From: Octopus sinensis
Lineage: Eukaryota
Direction: 5' to 3'
Assembly: GCF_006345805.1 (NCBI RefSeq)
Contig: NC_043019.1
Coordinates: 3,906,001-3,970,000 of the forward strand
Length of the DNA stretch: 64,000 nt
Shown: piece by piece, positions 63,704-64,000 of the stretch
How the letters are laid out: each line of letters begins with the position of its first letter
How positions within the stretch are numbered: the stretch's first letter is position 1
Made by a program: the position numbers and the translations under genes
Notes under the pieces: generated by a model
The model's database searches: none
Seen by the model: the letters and a program-made list of their open reading frames with translations, nothing else
What the model was told of the DNA's origin: nothing

Positions 63704-64000
63704 ATTTATAGCAATATACACAGCAGTTACACGGATGTACACACCGTTGTGAACAAAGGGTGGATGGATGTAGGTCGACCCTTATCGTACGTGAACTTTT
63801 TATGATACTCACGGTTCACAGGTCAAGAGGGAAATATCTTTATCATGATTTCCTTATTGACAGAACAAAAAGTGGAATGGCAAAAGAGAAGTTTTAGATT
63901 CGATTTTGAGGAAGAGAAATTCAGCTTCTACAACACCCACCTTCTAGTGAGAGGGTTAAAAATCGAACGATACAGTTTCTTGTGAAGTTATGACTGCATA

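Overview
AT-rich, microsatellite-dense animal genomic DNA. The SINE families and (TA)n/(CA)n load look like octopus (inferred from repeat content, not database-confirmed). The one host-gene system is a minus-strand tandem pair of intron-containing STAND/NB-ARC-like P-loop NTPase-TPR genes, i.e. an NLR-like architecture with TPRs instead of LRRs. Copy B spans 52610->28382 (9 predicted exons, ~820 aa once two 1-nt deletions are repaired). Copy A spans 4492->626 and runs off the left edge; it carries indels and a nonsense codon. The rest is mobile DNA: a full-length CsRn1-clade Gypsy LTR element (22709-28170), a young 5'-truncated Penelope-like element (41766-44140), mariner/maT, Tx1, R4/Dong and CRE fragments, a probable solo LTR nested in a mariner, Helitron-like non-autonomous elements, MITEs and many SINEs, including a 6 x 171-bp SINE-derived array. 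A second notable system is a set of about ten Penelope-type hammerhead-ribozyme-like loci from several families. Several have non-canonical cores (A3-U8 covariation, A6U, U4C), and most lie in outward-facing inverted repeats, several inside introns of the NLR-like gene. All coordinates, splice phases and RNA folds were read by eye.
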